Assembly (NCBI GenBank): GCA_965223535.1 | Contig: CBDCWN010000002.1 | Coordinates: 59,721 to 123,720, forward strand | Direction of reading: 5' to 3' | DNA length: 64,000 bases | Source: Nitrospira sp. | GTDB lineage: Bacteria > Nitrospirota > Nitrospiria > Nitrospirales > Nitrospiraceae | Part shown: piece after piece, positions 62,180-64,000 of the stretch | How the letters are laid out: every line of letters starts with the position of its first letter | How positions within the stretch are numbered: position 1 is the stretch's first letter | Notes under the pieces: generated by a model | The model's database searches: none | What the model was told of the DNA's origin: nothing | The model's input: only the letters and a program-made list of their open reading frames with translations | Position numbers and translations under genes: made by a program

Positions 62180-62860
62180 CCTTTCTTTATTTTCAATAAT
62201 TGTACACAAATATTTATATGTTTCGCGTTTTCATTTTTTATCACCACGTTGCTGAGCTCTGAAATTTCTGATTGTCATTTTGAATTGACGGGCGCCTTCA
62301 TATTTATTTCAAAATGCCTGATAACAATACCCCTCTCGTAGCCTGTGTTTGATCCCATTAATATTTTTCACCAGTCCATCCACAAGGTAACAGTCGCGAT
62401 TCGATATAAGAGATAAGTTGCGTCAACGCAATTAATAAATGTTCTCATACGTTGATAGATCGTATTTCTTTTCTAATAAATTTTATAAACATTACTATGC
62501 CATTTATATAATGTTTTCTATATCGCATTTGCGTTGTTTTATTTTTATTAACTATAAACTCACCCGATCAATATATTGTGTAATGTTTATTAGTTGCGTT
62601 GACGCAACAGCTATTCGCCATGAGAGTCATGGATGCTGTCACCGATATTATCCAATTTTGGATAACTCATACCTCATAATCATCATAAGTATGGTCCACA
62701 ATCAGGCTAGATCTATCTACTCGCAAGTCTAATTGGCCCTATAACAAGGGGGTAATTCACTGAATCCTACAATTTGCCCACGTATTTCCCTTGACTTTGT
62801 TATTCGAGTCCTATACTTCAAAGAACACTTAATCGACTTTTATCATAACTAGGAGGTCTG
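62180..62860. other. AT-rich non-coding region, candidate replication origin/centromere
   Basis: Sharp drop in GC, no credible ORF, several palindromes, directly upstream of parA. Confidence 0.55.
62417..62608. repeat. Two 16-bp parS-like palindromes (62417-62432, 62593-62608) within a ~27-bp inverted repeat
   Basis: GTTGCGTCAACGCAAT and GTTGCGTTGACGCAAC. The flanking TTTATTA also matches in inverted orientation. Confidence 0.6.
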
Positions 62861-62862
62861 CA

Positions 62863-63735
62863 ATGGGGGTGATAGTAGCCATAGCCACCCATAAAGGAGG
62901 TGTTGGAAAGACCACAACAGCAGCGAATCTCGCTGCCGGCCTGGCACGCAGCAGTAAAGGGAAAAAATACCTTGTAGTAGATGCTGATCCGCAGGCAAAC
63001 CTCACAGCCACGCTTTTCCCTCACGAACGTCGAGATTATAAAGGACAGACAACGATGGCACACGTTCTTGGAGGCACTGCGGTGCTTGATGAAGCCATTG
63101 TTGAAACCTCCACTAAAAATCTGGATCTCATTCCATCCCATATCGATCTTTTTGAACAGGAGAGTTATATCCAAGGGACGCCGCGTGCCCTGCTCGGTTT
63201 AGATGCTGCATTCCGACAGTCTGCCTTACTGAATAACTATGAAATGATCATCATTGATTGCCCACCGAATCTCGGCACCTTTATGTCCAACGCCTTGTAC
63301 GCGGCGAACTACGTCATTGTGCCAGTTGCAGCGGGCGACAAATACGCTCTGGATGGGCTGCGTTCCTTGCAAAACAAGGTTCAACAGGTCAATGTCGTCA
63401 AGACTGAGCGCAAGACCGAACTACTGGGGTACCTTCTAACCCGATGTGACATGCGTACAAACGTCGCGAAAACCATCGTCAAGACAATGCGGGACACCTT
63501 CGGAGATCAGGTCTTTTCGACCATCATTCGAGAGAACACAGAATTTGGCAAAGCCATCATGGTGAACAAGACGATCTTCCAACAGGAACTACGCGCCTCC
63601 GGCGCTGAAGATTATGCTGGGCTCGCCACTGAGGTCGTATCGCGCGTAGCAAAGGCCGGCAAAAAAAGAGACCTCTTGGAGGCTCAAGTGGCGACTGCAT
63701 CAGAAACACCCTCCGCTGAGGTCGGAGTCAGCTGA
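62863..63735 (+). CDS. parA: ParA-family partition ATPase
   Basis: Deviant Walker A KGGVGKTT, VDADPQANLT and IIDCPP. SD AGGAGG. Confidence 0.95.
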   Translation: MGVIVAIATHKGGVGKTTTAANLAAGLARSSKGKKYLVVDADPQANLTATLFPHERRDYKGQTTMAHVLGGTAVLDEAIVETSTKNLDLIPSHIDLFEQESYIQGTPRALLGLDAAFRQSALLNNYEMIIIDCPPNLGTFMSNALYAANYVIVPVAAGDKYALDGLRSLQNKVQQVNVVKTERKTELLGYLLTRCDMRTNVAKTIVKTMRDTFGDQVFSTIIRENTEFGKAIMVNKTIFQQELRASGAEDYAGLATEVVSRVAKAGKKRDLLEAQVATASETPSAEVGVS

Positions 63736-64000
63736 TGAGTGGCAAGCAACGAGTATCCAAGGAACGGCAGGAGCTCGAGGAACAAAGCCGGAAGGCTTTG
63801 ATGGGATTAGGCATCACTAATGAAACGGCAATCCACGGCGTCCTTGCTGAAACACTCGGGGTCACAGCGCACCCACCCCAATCTGACCTGTCCCACACGC
63901 CTTCCCCATCTACCGACAAGAGTACCGCGCCAACACAGACTCGACCTGCTGCATCAGCCAGCACGTCAAACCCCGCACCTCCTCCAGTCACTGGGCCTGC
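63735..64000 (+). CDS. ORF translationally coupled to parA, truncated by the window end
   Basis: TGATG overlap with the parA stop. Open to the window end (MSGKQRVSKERQELEEQSRKALMGLGI...), with a Pro/Ser/Thr-rich linker. Product unknown. Confidence 0.6.
   Translation, partial: MSGKQRVSKERQELEEQSRKALMGLGITNETAIHGVLAETLGVTAHPPQSDLSHTPSPSTDKSTAPTQTRPAASASTSNPAPPPVTGP

Overview
This 64-kb window looks like part of a plasmid or secondary replicon, GC-rich except near the right end. The host is probably Nitrospira-like; that is an inference from small-protein families and was not verified. Left to right: (1) a copper/metal block with a three-Cys MerR regulator, cusCBA, a TreT-YHS fusion and a truncated CorE-like ECF sigma factor; (2) a protein-quality-control block with two Hsp20, a string of microproteins, YfdX, FtsH, CbpA/CbpM and a trxC pseudogene; (3) a transposon nest with a Tn3-family element ending in unusual CGCC IRs, a tnpA remnant and IS630; (4) an SBP-TolC fusion, HlyD, RbbA, YhhJ, DUF1207 and GlgX; (5) decayed small genes, a Tn21-type right end and IS5; (6) a second quality-control block with three HtrA/DegP, a CopD-cytochrome c fusion, a Gld-type ABC system, Hsp20 and an htpX relic; (7) a tyrosine recombinase, a wHTH Rep-like ORF, an AT-rich region with parS-like palindromes, and ParA. 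Two identical-looking 3249-bp resolvase-less Tn3 elements in opposite orientation share one split 5-bp target duplication. This points to a 29-kb inversion that split an originally contiguous, tLST-like stress-tolerance island. No CRISPR array, rRNA or tRNA was seen. All family assignments come from motif recognition, not database searches.
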